Shown here: positions 27,825-38,631 of the stretch, piece by piece
How the letters are laid out: every line of letters starts with the position of its first letter
Numbering within the stretch: position 1 is the first letter of the stretch
Assembly (NCBI GenBank): GCA_014237915.1
Contig: JABACC010000013.1
Span: forward strand, 568-64,567
From: Candidatus Paceibacter sp.
GTDB taxonomy: Bacteria > Patescibacteriota > Minisyncoccia > Phycocordibacterales > GCA-2747955
Reading direction: 5' to 3'
DNA: 64,000 bases
Translations under genes and position numbers: made by a program
Notes under the pieces: generated by a model
What the model was told of the DNA's origin: nothing
Seen by the model: only the letters and a program-made list of their open reading frames with translations
The model's database searches: none

Positions 27825-29846
27825 ATGAAAAATAAATTTAAACTAAATTCTAAATTTAAACCAGCAGGGGATCAAAAAAAAGCTATAAAATCTTTACTTT
27901 CAGGCTTGAAAGAAAAAAAAACTCATCAAACTCTTCATGGTGCCACAGGAACTGGAAAAACTTTTACAATGGCGAATTTAATTGCAGAAACTGGAAAACC
28001 AGCTCTTGTTATTGCTCACAACAAAACTTTGGCCGCCCAGCTTGCTCAGGAATTTAAAGAATTTTTTCCAAAAAATAAAGTTCATTATTTTGTTTCTTAT
28101 TACGATTATTATCAACCAGAAGCTTATGTTACAGCTACAGACACATTTATTGAAAAAGAAATTCAAATAAACAAAGAAATTGATATGTTGCGCCACGCTT
28201 CCACTCAATCACTTTTAACCAGAAACGATGTTATTATTGTGGCTTCGGTTTCTTGTATTTATGGTTTAGGATCTCCAAAAGAATACATAAAAAAAAATAA
28301 ATTGATTTCTATAAACGACGATTTCAAAAGAGGAGAATTTTTAAAATCTTTGGTAAAAATTTTTTATGAAAGAACAAATGCGGATTTAGAACCCGGAAAA
28401 TTTAGATTAGTTGGAAATATTTTAGAAATTATGCCTGTTTCGGAAGAAAAAATTTTTCGTTTAGAAATTTTTGGCAATAAAATTGAAAAAATTTTTTTGG
28501 TTGATCCTGTTTCAAGAGTTGTTTTGGAAGAGCTTAAAAATTTTTTCTTATTTCCGGCCAAACATTTTATTACAGATGCCAGCTTTTTAGAAACGGCATT
28601 AAGAAATATTGAAAAAGAACTAAAAGAAAATTTAGCTTATTTAAAAAAAAATAATAAATTACTCGAGGCTCAAAGACTTGAAAGAAGAACAAAATATGAT
28701 TTAGCAATGATTCGTGAAGTTGGATATTGTTCCGGAATTGAAAATTATTCAAGACATTTATCTGGAAAAAAAGCAGGTGATCCTCCAGAAACTTTAATTT
28801 CATATTTTCCATACAAAAAAAATGGAGAGCCAGATTTTTTAACTTTTATTGACGAATCACACATGACAGTTCCACAAATTGGCGCAATGTTTAAAGGAGA
28901 TGCAGCTAGAAAACAAAATTTAGTCGAACATGGGTTTAGACTTCCTTCAGCAAAAGACAACAGGCCTTTGAAAAAAGAAGAATTTTTTTCTAAAGTTGAT
29001 CCTATAATTTATGTTTCAGCAACGCCGAGCAGCTGGGAAAGGGAAGTATCTGAAAATATTGCAGAGCAAATAATTCGCCCTACAGGACTTTTAGATCCGC
29101 AAATAAAAATAAGGCCTATTTTAGAAAATAAAAAAGAAAAATATAAAGGACAAATTTTTGATTTTATTTCAGAATCAGAAAAAATTATCAAAAAGGGAAG
29201 TCGGATTTTGGCTACAACATTAACCAAGAAAATGTCGGAAGATTTAACTGATTTTTTAAAAGAAAGAAAAATTAAAGCAGTTTATCTTCATTCCGAAATT
29301 GATACTTTAGAAAGAATTGAAATTATAAGGGATTTTCGTTCTGGAAAATATGATATTTTAGTGGGAGTAAATCTTTTAAGGGAAGGTCTCGATATGCCAG
29401 AAGTAGAGCTAATTGGGATTTTAGATGCCGATAAAGAGGGTTTTTTACGTTCTGACGTTGCTTTGATTCAAACAATAGGCCGAGCTGCAAGAAATGAAAA
29501 TGGGAAAGTCATTTTATATGCTGATAAAATAACAAAATCAATGCAAAGTGCAATTTCAGAAACAGAAAGAAGACGAGAAATTCAAGAAACTTACAATAAA
29601 AAAAATAATATAACTCCAAAAACAATTAAAAAAAATATTTCAGATATCAAACAAGCTCTGGAAACAGAACATCAAAAAATTCTTGAGAAACAAATTGGTA
29701 TAGAAGAAGGAATTTTTAAAAAAGCTCCAAAAAAATTTTTAAAGCAAAAAAGAAAAAAAATGGAAGAGGCGGTAGAAAGGCTTGATTTTGAAACTGCCGC
29801 TATACTTAGAGACCAAATTAAGTATTTTGAAAGTAAGAGTAAATAA
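27825..29846 (+). CDS. uvrB: Excinuclease ABC subunit B
   Basis: PAGDQ, GATGTGKTFT, HNKTLAAQL, YYDYYQPEAY, DESH, GVNLLREGLD, QTIGRAARN, C-terminal UVR domain. Confidence 0.98.
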   Translation: MKNKFKLNSKFKPAGDQKKAIKSLLSGLKEKKTHQTLHGATGTGKTFTMANLIAETGKPALVIAHNKTLAAQLAQEFKEFFPKNKVHYFVSYYDYYQPEAYVTATDTFIEKEIQINKEIDMLRHASTQSLLTRNDVIIVASVSCIYGLGSPKEYIKKNKLISINDDFKRGEFLKSLVKIFYERTNADLEPGKFRLVGNILEIMPVSEEKIFRLEIFGNKIEKIFLVDPVSRVVLEELKNFFLFPAKHFITDASFLETALRNIEKELKENLAYLKKNNKLLEAQRLERRTKYDLAMIREVGYCSGIENYSRHLSGKKAGDPPETLISYFPYKKNGEPDFLTFIDESHMTVPQIGAMFKGDAARKQNLVEHGFRLPSAKDNRPLKKEEFFSKVDPIIYVSATPSSWEREVSENIAEQIIRPTGLLDPQIKIRPILENKKEKYKGQIFDFISESEKIIKKGSRILATTLTKKMSEDLTDFLKERKIKAVYLHSEIDTLERIEIIRDFRSGKYDILVGVNLLREGLDMPEVELIGILDADKEGFLRSDVALIQTIGRAARNENGKVILYADKITKSMQSAISETERRREIQETYNKKNNITPKTIKKNISDIKQALETEHQKILEKQIGIEEGIFKKAPKKFLKQKRKKMEEAVERLDFETAAILRDQIKYFESKSK

Positions 29847-29923
29847 AAAACTATCAAACCTGTAGAAAGTCTAAAAAAGAATGGTGTATAAAGGTTTAGT
29901 AGCCTTAAGAATATATTATACAA

Positions 29924-29951
29924 ATGTCGCAAAAGATATATTGTGCGACAC
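29924..29951. other. Putative dif site (Xer recombination, replication terminus)
   Basis: ATGTCGCAAAA-GATATA-TTGTGCGACAC: 11-6-11 layout, both arms resemble the XerC arm GGTGCGCATAA; intergenic, at the +/- gene orientation switch. Confidence 0.7.
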
Positions 29952-30136
29952 TTATTCAGTATAAATATACCGCTCACCTTTTTATGATTCTCTGTGTTCT
30001 CTAAGTTTTATATCTGCTACTTTTTTCTATTTTTTAAATAAGCATCCCTCCTTTTTAATTTTCAGAGTGATAAATTTTAAGCTATGTATTTTTCTTATTA
30101 AAATAAATTTAATTAATCAAAAAACTTATTTATTTT

Positions 30137-30472
30137 TTATTGTAATCCATCACAATTTTTTGCAGCGCGGTATCCATCATTTTCTGCATCATCTTTTGTT
30201 TCAAAAAAAATTTTATTTTCCTCAGACATTTTTAAAGCCCCAGAGCACCAAGGTAAATGGTAGACAGAGCCATTTTTTGAGGCTACATAAACAATTTCTT
30301 GTACTTCTTCCCCACTGCTAGCGTTAACCTCTCTTAGGGAAGCATTTTCTTGTTCTAAAGAAGACATTTTTCCTAAGAAAAATGAAAAAATATTTGCTAG
30401 TAAAAATATTAAAATAAGGAAAAATTCTTCTTTTTTAAAAATTATTTGTATTTTTTCTCTAATTTTTTTCAT
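30137..30472 (-). CDS. TM protein with Ada-like metal-binding domain
   Basis: YVASKNG..YH.PWC, N.I.F.T..DA...GYR....C. Confidence 0.8.
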   Translation of the reverse strand: MKKIREKIQIIFKKEEFFLILIFLLANIFSFFLGKMSSLEQENASLREVNASSGEEVQEIVYVASKNGSVYHLPWCSGALKMSEENKIFFETKDDAENDGYRAAKNCDGLQ

Positions 30473-30542
30473 AAAAATTCTTTTATTTTTACTTTAATTT
30501 TGATACAATTGTGGTTAATTATTATTATTTTAACATAAATTT

Positions 30543-30815
30543 ATGGCACATAGAAAAGCAGGAGGATCATCAAGAGTACTTAGAGATTCAAATCCTAAAT
30601 ATTTAGGGGTTAAGTTAGCTGATGGTAAAAAAGTAAAAACAGGTCAAGTTATTGTAAGACAAAGAGGCACAAAAGTTATGGCTGGAAAAGGTGTTGGTGT
30701 GGCAAAAGATCACACGCTTTTTGCTCTTCAAAATGGAAAGGTGGAGTTCTCTTCAAAAAGAAAGAAAAATTTTGACAATTCTACTTCAAGAAGAAAAATT
30801 GTAAATCTTATTTAA
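30543..30815 (+). CDS. rpmA: 50S ribosomal protein L27
   Basis: [10 protein letters not shown]...[24 protein letters not shown]. Confidence 0.97.
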   Translation: MAHRKAGGSSRVLRDSNPKYLGVKLADGKKVKTGQVIVRQRGTKVMAGKGVGVAKDHTLFALQNGKVEFSSKRKKNFDNSTSRRKIVNLI

Positions 30816-30841
30816 ATTTAAAAATTCTTAATTTAAAATTT

Positions 30842-31486
30842 TTAAATTAATAATTTTTTTGTTTTATCTTTAAATATCATTGAATTTGCCCCCACCTTAG
30901 AAGCTCCTGCCTTTATTAATTTTAGATAATTTTCTTCTTTTACTCCCCCATCTATTGTAATTTCTAATTTTGGAAAATTTTTTCTAAAAAATTTTATTTT
31001 TTTATAAACATCTTCTGAAAGTTTTTCTCCTGAATAACCAACTTTTTTTATACCCATAATTTGAATAAACTTAAAATTATTTTCTTGTAGAATTTTTAAA
31101 ATTTCAGAATTTTTATCATCTAAATGCACTCCGAGTCCTACGTTAATTTTTTCATTTTTGGAAAAAAGAAATATTTCTGAAAAATCCCTAACTGTTTTTT
31201 TGTGAAAAACAACCCTTGCGGCATTTGATAATTTTACTAAAGTCAGCCATTTTTCTGGTTTTTTTACCATCATATCAAGCTCTAAATTTAAATTTTTTGT
31301 TACTTTTTTTATTTTTAAAAAAGAATCTTTTCTCTTAGATGAAGCAAAAGTTTTTGAAGGAACAAATTCTCCATCACAAATATCAATTTGAACAGAGTTA
31401 AAGTTTTTTTTTATTTTTTTTATTTTTTTTTCTATTTCTAAAAATTCTTTTTCTAAAATTGCTGGAAAAATTTTATTTTTTTTCAT
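30842..31486 (-). CDS. rpe: Ribulose-phosphate 3-epimerase family protein
   Basis: I.PAIL, QID.CDG.FVP, LDMMV..P, QIMG...G..G, ITIDGGV. Confidence 0.8.
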   Translation of the reverse strand: MKKNKIFPAILEKEFLEIEKKIKKIKKNFNSVQIDICDGEFVPSKTFASSKRKDSFLKIKKVTKNLNLELDMMVKKPEKWLTLVKLSNAARVVFHKKTVRDFSEIFLFSKNEKINVGLGVHLDDKNSEILKILQENNFKFIQIMGIKKVGYSGEKLSEDVYKKIKFFRKNFPKLEITIDGGVKEENYLKLIKAGASKVGANSMIFKDKTKKLLI

Positions 31487-31500
31487 AAAATAATTATATC

Positions 31501-31530
31501 AAAAAAGAGAGAATTAATTCTCTCTTTTTT
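31501..31530 (-). terminator. Intrinsic terminator after the glutaredoxin gene
   Basis: AAAAAAGAGAGAA-TTAA-TTCTCTCTTTTTT perfect palindrome. Confidence 0.65.
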
Positions 31531-31556
31531 GAAAATATATTTTTAAAATTTATTTT

Positions 31557-31808
31557 TTATAAACCTAATTCTTTTGAAATCCCCTCTTCGTCAAAACCTA
31601 CAATGTACTGAGTCTCTCCTTCTTCTGGAATAATTTCAAGCACTGGAACTCCTAATTGTTCTGTTTTTTCTGCAATGTACGATGCTTTTTCTTGGTTTTC
31701 TGAAACATCAATATTATTATATGCAATATTTTTTTCATCTAAAAAATTTTTTAGCATATTACAATAAGTACAAGTTGGAGTTGTGTAAACGTTAATTTTT
31801 TTATCCAT
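31557..31808 (-). CDS. Glutaredoxin-like (NrdH/YruB-type) protein
   Basis: YTTPTCTYC, GVPV, IVGFD. Confidence 0.9.
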   Translation of the reverse strand: MDKKINVYTTPTCTYCNMLKNFLDEKNIAYNNIDVSENQEKASYIAEKTEQLGVPVLEIIPEEGETQYIVGFDEEGISKELGL

Positions 31809-31837
31809 ATTTTTATAATTATTTTAAATAATAAAGT

Positions 31838-32320
31838 CTATCTTTTTACCCAAGTTGGGGCTTTTCTAGCTTTTTTAAGACCTGGTTTTTTTCTTTCAAC
31901 AGACCTTGGATCTCTTTTTAAAAATCCTTTTTCTTTCAAAACAGCTCTGTTTTCTGGATTAGATTTTAAGAGTGCTCTTGAAATACCTAGTCTTATTGCT
32001 TCAGCTTGAGCTGAAATACCGCTACCTTTAACATAAGCGCTAACTAAAAAATTTTCTTTTTGCTCTTCAAGAGCTTCTTTTACTTTTTTTTGTAGCTCTT
32101 CATTTTTGAAAAAATCTTCAAGGTTTTTTCCGTTAATAGAAAAAGTTGTTTTCTTTTCTGGGTAAAGCCTTACTCTTGTTGTTGCTGTTTTTCTTCTTCC
32201 GATAGCTTCAAAAAATTCTCCATTTTTTTTTGAAACTAAATCTTTAACCTCTGAAATTACTTTCTCTGTAACCTTCTTCTTGTTTACTTTTTTTTTATTT
32301 CTAAATTTTTTATCAGTCAT
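31838..32320 (-). CDS. rpsI: 30S ribosomal protein S9
   Basis: [43 protein letters not shown]. Confidence 0.97.
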   Translation of the reverse strand: MTDKKFRNKKKVNKKKVTEKVISEVKDLVSKKNGEFFEAIGRRKTATTRVRLYPEKKTTFSINGKNLEDFFKNEELQKKVKEALEEQKENFLVSAYVKGSGISAQAEAIRLGISRALLKSNPENRAVLKEKGFLKRDPRSVERKKPGLKKARKAPTWVKR

Positions 32321-32323
32321 GTT

Positions 32324-32671
32324 TTAATCTTTAATAATTAAATTTTTCATCATTTCTTTTCTTAGTCTGTTGTTTGGCAACATTCCAAATACTGCTTTTT
32401 TTAAGACCTCGCCATACCCTTTTTTTTCAATAATATCAGACATTTTAAATTCTTTTCTCCCTCCGGGATATCCAGAATATGAATCATATTTTTTTGTATC
32501 TTTTTTCTTTTGAGAAATATCTAGTTCTGAAAGATTTGAGACATTGATTTTTAATTTTGAAACTTTATTTCTTGCAAAATCTGGTTCATTTTTACCCATT
32601 AATAAAACCGCTATTTCAGATGAAAATCTTCCTAGTTTTTTATTTTTTGCGTCTAAATTATATTCTTTCAT
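32324..32671 (-). CDS. rplM: 50S ribosomal protein L13 (short form)
   Basis: DA....LGR..S.IA..L.GK, YSGYPGG, AV.GMLP.N.L. Confidence 0.92.
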   Translation of the reverse strand: MKEYNLDAKNKKLGRFSSEIAVLLMGKNEPDFARNKVSKLKINVSNLSELDISQKKKDTKKYDSYSGYPGGRKEFKMSDIIEKKGYGEVLKKAVFGMLPNNRLRKEMMKNLIIKD

Positions 32672-32678
32672 AAAAATT

Positions 32679-33038
32679 TTATACAAATTCTATTATTGCA
32701 ACAGGGGCTCCATCTGAGCCAACCCTGTCTCCTTTTTTAATAATTCTTAAGTATCCTCCATTTCTATCTTTATACTTTTTAGATAATTCTTCTACTATTT
32801 TTTTTGAAACATTCTCTCCTCCACTTCCTAATTTTTTCATTAAAAGTCTTCTTGAAGCCAAAGTTTCTTTTTTGCCTAAGGTAATTAATTTCTCAACATA
32901 AGGTCTTATTGCCTTTGCTTTTGTCTCCGTTGTCTCAATCTTCTCTTTTTCTACAAGTGAGATAGCCAAGGATCTATACAATGCTTTTCTTGCATCTTTT
33001 TCTCTTCCAAATTTTTTATTTTTATTATGATGTCTCAT
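32679..33038 (-). CDS. rplQ: 50S ribosomal protein L17
   Basis: MRH....KFGR....R.AL, I.TT..KAK, R.GGYLRI. Confidence 0.97.
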   Translation of the reverse strand: MRHHNKNKKFGREKDARKALYRSLAISLVEKEKIETTETKAKAIRPYVEKLITLGKKETLASRRLLMKKLGSGGENVSKKIVEELSKKYKDRNGGYLRIIKKGDRVGSDGAPVAIIEFV

Positions 33039-33063
33039 AGGGCTATATTATACACTTTTTATT

Positions 33064-34014
33064 TTATCTTAAAATTTTTCTTATTTCATCTAAAGCTTTC
33101 TGTCCAAATCCAGATATTGATAAGATTTCATTATCTGAAGCATTTTTTACTTTTTCTAGAGTATCTAGGCCGATACTTTGGAGTTTGGAAATTATGCTTT
33201 CAGATAACGGAAAATCATCAATTTTTTTATCAATTTCTAAATCTAAAACCTCTTCGTTTATTTTTTGTTTCAAAATATTATCTTTATCTATATTTTTAAA
33301 AATATCTTCTTCTGAAAAAGGAGCTCCTGAACGAATACTAGAAATTTGTTCCAACATAATTTCAAGTGATTTATCGATAACCTCTTCCGGAGTATAAGTT
33401 CCGTCAGTTTCAACTTTTAAAATAATCTTGTTGAAGTCTGTTCTGTCGCCAACACGCATATTTTGAACATCGTAAGATACTTTTCTAATTGGAGTGAAAG
33501 CAGTATCCATTATAATTTTACCGGGTTGAACTTTTTCTTTTTGAATGTCTTCCTTTGCAACGTACCCTAGTCCTTTTGAGACCACAATTTCCATTTCTAT
33601 TTCTTTTGCTTTGTCGGTAATTTCACATAAATAATTCTCAGGGTTAATTATTTCAACTTGAGTAGGAATTTCTATGTCTTTTGAATAAATTTTTCCTGAA
33701 GCACTTTTTTTAAGAGTTAAAACAACCTCATTTTCTTCTGTGTGTAGCTTAAAAATAGTTTTTTTAAGATTTAAAACAATATTTATAACATCTTCAAAAA
33801 CTCCGCTAATTGTAGAAAATTCATGATCGACTCCTTTTATTTTTACAGAGGTGACTGCTGTTCCAGAAATTGATGATAAAATTATTCTTCTAAGTGAATT
33901 TCCTAAGGTGTGTCCATATCCTGGGTAAAGATTTTCTATTTTAAATTCTGCCCTGTTTCCTTCCTCAGAAACTTTTTCTATTTTTTTTGGTAATATTATA
34001 TTTTTCTCAAGCAT
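33064..34014 (-). CDS. rpoA: RNA polymerase alpha subunit
   Basis: PGYGHTLGNSLRRIILSS, HEFSTI.GV.ED, RVG.RTDF; divergent CTD with GFGQKAL.EI. Confidence 0.97.
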   Translation of the reverse strand: MLEKNIILPKKIEKVSEEGNRAEFKIENLYPGYGHTLGNSLRRIILSSISGTAVTSVKIKGVDHEFSTISGVFEDVINIVLNLKKTIFKLHTEENEVVLTLKKSASGKIYSKDIEIPTQVEIINPENYLCEITDKAKEIEMEIVVSKGLGYVAKEDIQKEKVQPGKIIMDTAFTPIRKVSYDVQNMRVGDRTDFNKIILKVETDGTYTPEEVIDKSLEIMLEQISSIRSGAPFSEEDIFKNIDKDNILKQKINEEVLDLEIDKKIDDFPLSESIISKLQSIGLDTLEKVKNASDNEILSISGFGQKALDEIRKILR

Positions 34015-34056
34015 ATTTTTTTTATTATTTTTTAATAATTTATTTTATTTAAATTT

Positions 34057-34665
34057 TTATCTAGTATAAAATTCAATAATTTTTTTGAAATCAAAATAAG
34101 GTGATATTAATTCGTAATTTGGTTTTTCTATAACACTCCCAGAAATATTTTTTTTATCAAAACTTAACCATTTTGGAATTTCTGGAGAGTTTAAATTTTT
34201 AACATTTTCATATATTTTACTTTTTTCACTTCCCTCTTTAAAGTTAACAATGTCTCCGATTTTAACTTGATAAGAAGGAACATTTAGTACTCTTCCATTA
34301 ACCTTTATGTGTTTATGAGTTACCATTTGTCTAGCCATAGCTCTTGTTTTTGCAAACCCTAATCTGTAAATAACATTGTCTAACCTTGCTTCTATTGACT
34401 GAGATAATTTTTCCAAAGTATTAATATCTGAAGCCAACGATTTGTTTACATACCCAGAAAGAGCTTTTTCTTTTAAACCATAGGAAAATCTTAATTTTTG
34501 CTTTTCTAACAATTTTTTTCCATAATCTGACAAAGGCCTTGGTCTCTTTAGTTTTCTATTCATTCTTCTTTTTTGTTCAGATAAAGAAAAACGTGTACCT
34601 CCACATTTTTCATATAATCCTGAGCCGTATTTTCTGCAAAATTTAAACTTTTTTATTTTTGTCAT
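34057..34665 (-). CDS. rpsD: 30S ribosomal protein S4
   Basis: SDYG..L.EKQK.RF.YG, E.RLDN.IYRLG, ARQ.V.H.H, IIEFY.R. Confidence 0.96.
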   Translation of the reverse strand: MTKIKKFKFCRKYGSGLYEKCGGTRFSLSEQKRRMNRKLKRPRPLSDYGKKLLEKQKLRFSYGLKEKALSGYVNKSLASDINTLEKLSQSIEARLDNVIYRLGFAKTRAMARQMVTHKHIKVNGRVLNVPSYQVKIGDIVNFKEGSEKSKIYENVKNLNSPEIPKWLSFDKKNISGSVIEKPNYELISPYFDFKKIIEFYTR

Positions 34666-34685
34666 ATTTTTATTAATAAATTAAA

Positions 34686-35123
34686 CTAAACTCTTCTTGG
34701 CTTCCTTTTTCTGACACCATTATGAGGAATAGGTGTCACATCTTTAATTTCTGAGATATCAATTCCTTTTGAAATAAAACCTCTTATGGCTGACTCTCTT
34801 CCTTGCCCCACACCTTTTACTTTAATATCGACATTCCTAACTCCTACCCCGTAAGCTTGCTCACCTATTAGTTCTCCTGCTTTTGCTGCAGCAAAAGCAG
34901 TTCCTTTTTTTGCCCCTTTAAAACCTAAAGATCCTGCAGATGATGCAAAAACCAAATTGCCTTCAAAATCCATAAAAGAAACCCGTGTATTATTGTAAGT
35001 TGATTCAACATTTAAAACTCCAGAATCATATTTTTTCTTCTTTGAAGCTTTAGAAAGAGCTCTGTTTTTTAAAGCGGAATTTTTGTTATTATTTGTTTTT
35101 GTAATAATTCTTTTTTTACCCAT
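34686..35123 (-). CDS. rpsK: 30S ribosomal protein S11
   Basis: STYNNT, GFKG.KKGT.FAA, GRESAIR, DVTPIPHNG.R. Confidence 0.97.
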   Translation of the reverse strand: MGKKRIITKTNNNKNSALKNRALSKASKKKKYDSGVLNVESTYNNTRVSFMDFEGNLVFASSAGSLGFKGAKKGTAFAAAKAGELIGEQAYGVGVRNVDIKVKGVGQGRESAIRGFISKGIDISEIKDVTPIPHNGVRKRKPRRV

Positions 35124-35129
35124 TTTATT

Positions 35130-35507
35130 TTATTTTTTACTAACAGTTATTTTTCCTGATCCCATGGTTTTTTTAGCACCTTTCAGAGTTCTTGAGTTGG
35201 TTTTTGTTCTCTGTCCTCTTGATGGTAATCTTTTAGAATGTCTTGTTCCTCTGTATGTCCCTGAATCTATTAATCTTTTTATATCTCCTGCTTTTTCTCT
35301 TTTTAAAACACCTTCTGTTTTTTCAGATTCAATTTTTCCCCTAATTAAATTCTCTTCTTCTTCTTTAATATCTTTGGTTTTTATTGAAAAATCTATTTTT
35401 AGTTCTTCTAAAATTTTTTTAGCTTTAGAAATTCCAATTCCATAAACAGCTGTTAATGCTACATCAATTCTTTTATTATTATTTAATGTTATACCTGATA
35501 TTCTCAT
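35130..35507 (-). CDS. rpsM: 30S ribosomal protein S13
   Basis: ALTAVYGIG, YRG.RH...LP.RGQRTKTN.RT. Confidence 0.97.
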   Translation of the reverse strand: MRISGITLNNNKRIDVALTAVYGIGISKAKKILEELKIDFSIKTKDIKEEEENLIRGKIESEKTEGVLKREKAGDIKRLIDSGTYRGTRHSKRLPSRGQRTKTNSRTLKGAKKTMGSGKITVSKK

Positions 35508-35524
35508 AAAATTTTTAATTAAAA

Positions 35525-35641
35525 TTATCCTTGTCTTTGTTTATGTCTTGGATTTTTTTTACATACAACAAAAAGTTTTCCAGATCTTTTAACCTTTTTA
35601 CAGTTTACACAAATTTTTTTTACTGAAGATTTAACTTTCAT
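35525..35641 (-). CDS. rpmJ: 50S ribosomal protein L36
   Basis: [14 protein letters not shown]...[10 protein letters not shown]; true start 35641. Confidence 0.96.
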   Translation of the reverse strand: MKVKSSVKKICVNCKKVKRSGKLFVVCKKNPRHKQRQG

Positions 35642-35651
35642 AAAATTATAA

Positions 35652-35867
35652 TTATAATCTTTTGACAATTTTTCCTCTTCCCCCATAAGGATCAGAGTCA
35701 ATTTCAACCTTATCACCCACCAAAATTCTTATCCTGTGGTATCTCATTTTTCCAGCAAGAGAAACGATTTCTTCATTTTCCTCATCATCAAAAAAAGATA
35801 TCTTAAAAAGAGTATTAGGTAATGCTTCTCTAACAATGGCTTTTTTAAACTCTTTTTTCTCTGACAT
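35652..35867 (-). CDS. infA: Translation initiation factor IF-1
   Basis: EALPN..F, AGKMR..RIRIL.GDKV, GRG.IV.R. Confidence 0.95.
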   Translation of the reverse strand: MSEKKEFKKAIVREALPNTLFKISFFDDEENEEIVSLAGKMRYHRIRILVGDKVEIDSDPYGGRGKIVKRL

Positions 35868-35917
35868 ACAAACAATTGGCAGTATTATATCAAATTGAAA
35901 TTTGAACGCAAGATTTT

Positions 35918-38596
35918 TTAAGATATTTTTTCAGTTATTTTTTTAGATTTTAATTCTATTTTTCTTCTTGTTTTATCTTTAAAATCAAAAACAAAATCAT
36001 TGGTAAAATCTACCTTAAAAGTTCCTCCATTTTGAATATTTTTTTTAATTAAAATATCTGAAAGTGGATTTAAAATTTTTTCCTCAATTTTTCTCTTAAG
36101 TGGTCTAGCTCCATATTCTGGATCATAACCATCTTTTGTTAATTGAGAAAGTACTTTTTTAGACAAAACTAAATTAATATCTTTAGTTGATAATCTTTTT
36201 TTTATAATATTTATTTGAATATTTATAATTTCTTCTAAATTTTCATTACTTAGAGAATCAAAAATTATTATTTCGTCTAATCTGTTTAAAAATTCTGGTT
36301 TAAAATAATTTTTAACAGATTCTTTTAATTTCTCCTTAATGGAATTATATTTTTCATTTTCTTCTTTCTCGCTCACAAAGCCGATATTTTGCATTTTTTC
36401 TACAAATTCAGACCCAATATTTGAAGTCAAGATAATTATTGTATTTTTAAAATTAACAATTCTTCCTCTTGAGTCTGTTAAGTTTCCGTTATCTAAAACT
36501 TGGAGTAAAATATTTAAAATTTCAGGATGAGCCTTTTCTACCTCATCAAATAAAACCACAGAATAAGGTCTGTGTCTTACTTTTTCTGTAAGACCTCCTG
36601 CGTTTTCATAACCAACATATCCCGGAGGAGATCCAATTAATTTTGATACAGAATGAGATTCCATTAATTCAGACATGTCTACACGAATAAGAGCATTTTC
36701 ATCGTCAAACATAAAATCTGTTAATTTTTTTGTAAGCTCAGTTTTTCCAACTCCTGTTGGGCCTAAAAAAAGAAATGATCCTAAGGGTTTATCAGGATCG
36801 CTTATTCCTGCCCTAGATCTTTTTACAGCAAAAGATATTTTTTTTATAGCTTCGTCTTGACCTACAATGTTTTTTTTCAAAAAATTTTCTATATTTGATA
36901 ATTTCTCAACTTCAGTTTTTAACATATTTGTAACTGGAATACCTGTCCAACGAGATACAACTCCAGCAATTTCTTCTGCTCCAACCTCCCCTTTTAAAAA
37001 TTTTCTATTTTTCTGAATTTTTCCCAATTCTTTATTTTTTTGCAGAAGTTCTTTTTCTAGAACAGGAATTTGTATGTATCTTATTTCTGCTGCTTGAGAT
37101 AAATCTGCTGAACTTTCAGCAATCTCAGCCTCTTTTTTTAAATTATCTAATTTTGTTTTTATTTCTTTTATTGTTAACAAAATTTCTTTTTCATTTTTCC
37201 ACCTAACTTCCATTTCCAGAAATTCTTCTTTTAAATCTTCAACTTTTTTTTCTATTTTTTTGAATCTTTTTTTATCTTCCGAAGAAGTATTGTTTTCGAT
37301 AGCTTTTTTTTCTATTTCTAAATGTAAAATTTCTCTATCTTTTTTTTCTAATTCTTCTGGTTTGTCATCAAGAGAAATTGACATGGCCGAAGAAGCTTCG
37401 TCGATAAGGTCGATGGCTTTGTCTGGTAAATGTCTGTCTGTTAAATACCTAGAGGATAAGTCGACTGCCGAAGAAAGTGCTTCGTCGGTAATTTTAATTC
37501 CATGAAAAAGCTCGTATTTTTCTTTAATACCTCTTAAAATTGTAATGGCATTTGGCCTTGATGGTTCGGATACAGAAATGAGTTGAAATCTTCTTGTTAA
37601 GGCAGGGTCTTTTTCAATATATTTTTGATATTCAGAAAAAGTTGTTGCTCCAACTATTTTAACTTCCCCTCTAGCAAGAGCTGGTTTTAGAAGATTTGAA
37701 GCATCCATGGCTCCTTCAGAATTTCCAGCACCTACCACATTGTGAAGTTCATCAATAAATAAAATAACTTTTCCTTCTGAGCTTTCAACTTCTTTTAAAA
37801 CATTTTTTAATCTTTCTTCAAATTCTCCTCTAAATTTTGTTCCCGCTACCAAAAGACCCATATCTAGAGAAAAAACTTGTTTTTCTTTTATTGAGTCTGG
37901 GACTTCTCCAGAAACTATTTTAGAAGCCAACCCTTCAGCTATTGCAGTTTTTCCAACACCGGCCTCCCCTACTAAAACTGGATTGTTTTTTGTTCTTCTG
38001 GATAAAATCTGAATTACTCTTTTTATTTCTTCATCTCTTCCGATTATTGGATCAAGTTTGTTTGCTGAAGCCAGCTCAGTTAAATTTTTTGTAAATTTTG
38101 TTAAATTTTTATAACTTTTTTTGGTTTTTGAATTTTTTCTTTCCTCTTTAATTTCTGATAAAAAACTTAAAACTTTTTTTATATTTACATCAAAATTTCT
38201 TAATATTTCTTTAATGTTTGGGTCCTTACTTTCCAAAACTGCTAAAAAAATATGATCGGTGGAGATAAAATTATCACCCATTGTTTTTGAAATCTTAAAA
38301 GAATTTTCTAAAATTTTTTGTAACTCTGGAGTGATATACATCTGATAAGATGGAGAAAGTGTTTCTGATTTTTCATTAGTTTCACTTTCTATAACATCAA
38401 AAACAACATCTGTTAATAAGTTAAAATCGATTTTTAATTTTTCAAAAACAGAAATTGCAATAGAATCTTCCTGTACTAAAATAGCAGCGAAAACATGTGC
38501 TGGAGTTATGTGTGATTGGCCACGCTCAATAGCAAGCTCGTGGGCTTTTTTAATAACATTTTTTGCTTTGGTTGTTAAATTTTTTAAAGGTGGCAT
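35918..38596 (-). CDS. clpB: ATP-dependent chaperone ClpB
   Basis: Clp N-domain, two AAA+ modules ([16 protein letters not shown]), long coiled-coil M-domain, YGARPL. Confidence 0.9.
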   Translation of the reverse strand: MPPLKNLTTKAKNVIKKAHELAIERGQSHITPAHVFAAILVQEDSIAISVFEKLKIDFNLLTDVVFDVIESETNEKSETLSPSYQMYITPELQKILENSFKISKTMGDNFISTDHIFLAVLESKDPNIKEILRNFDVNIKKVLSFLSEIKEERKNSKTKKSYKNLTKFTKNLTELASANKLDPIIGRDEEIKRVIQILSRRTKNNPVLVGEAGVGKTAIAEGLASKIVSGEVPDSIKEKQVFSLDMGLLVAGTKFRGEFEERLKNVLKEVESSEGKVILFIDELHNVVGAGNSEGAMDASNLLKPALARGEVKIVGATTFSEYQKYIEKDPALTRRFQLISVSEPSRPNAITILRGIKEKYELFHGIKITDEALSSAVDLSSRYLTDRHLPDKAIDLIDEASSAMSISLDDKPEELEKKDREILHLEIEKKAIENNTSSEDKKRFKKIEKKVEDLKEEFLEMEVRWKNEKEILLTIKEIKTKLDNLKKEAEIAESSADLSQAAEIRYIQIPVLEKELLQKNKELGKIQKNRKFLKGEVGAEEIAGVVSRWTGIPVTNMLKTEVEKLSNIENFLKKNIVGQDEAIKKISFAVKRSRAGISDPDKPLGSFLFLGPTGVGKTELTKKLTDFMFDDENALIRVDMSELMESHSVSKLIGSPPGYVGYENAGGLTEKVRHRPYSVVLFDEVEKAHPEILNILLQVLDNGNLTDSRGRIVNFKNTIIILTSNIGSEFVEKMQNIGFVSEKEENEKYNSIKEKLKESVKNYFKPEFLNRLDEIIIFDSLSNENLEEIINIQINIIKKRLSTKDINLVLSKKVLSQLTKDGYDPEYGARPLKRKIEEKILNPLSDILIKKNIQNGGTFKVDFTNDFVFDFKDKTRRKIELKSKKITEKIS

Positions 38597-38631
38597 TACA
38601 GAAAGATTATAACAGATTTTTTAAAAAAATC

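Noticed and set aside
29960-30060. SD-like AGGAGG on the - strand next to the dif-like site
   Set aside because: The following ATG gives only Met-Leu-Ile-stop; no supportable gene
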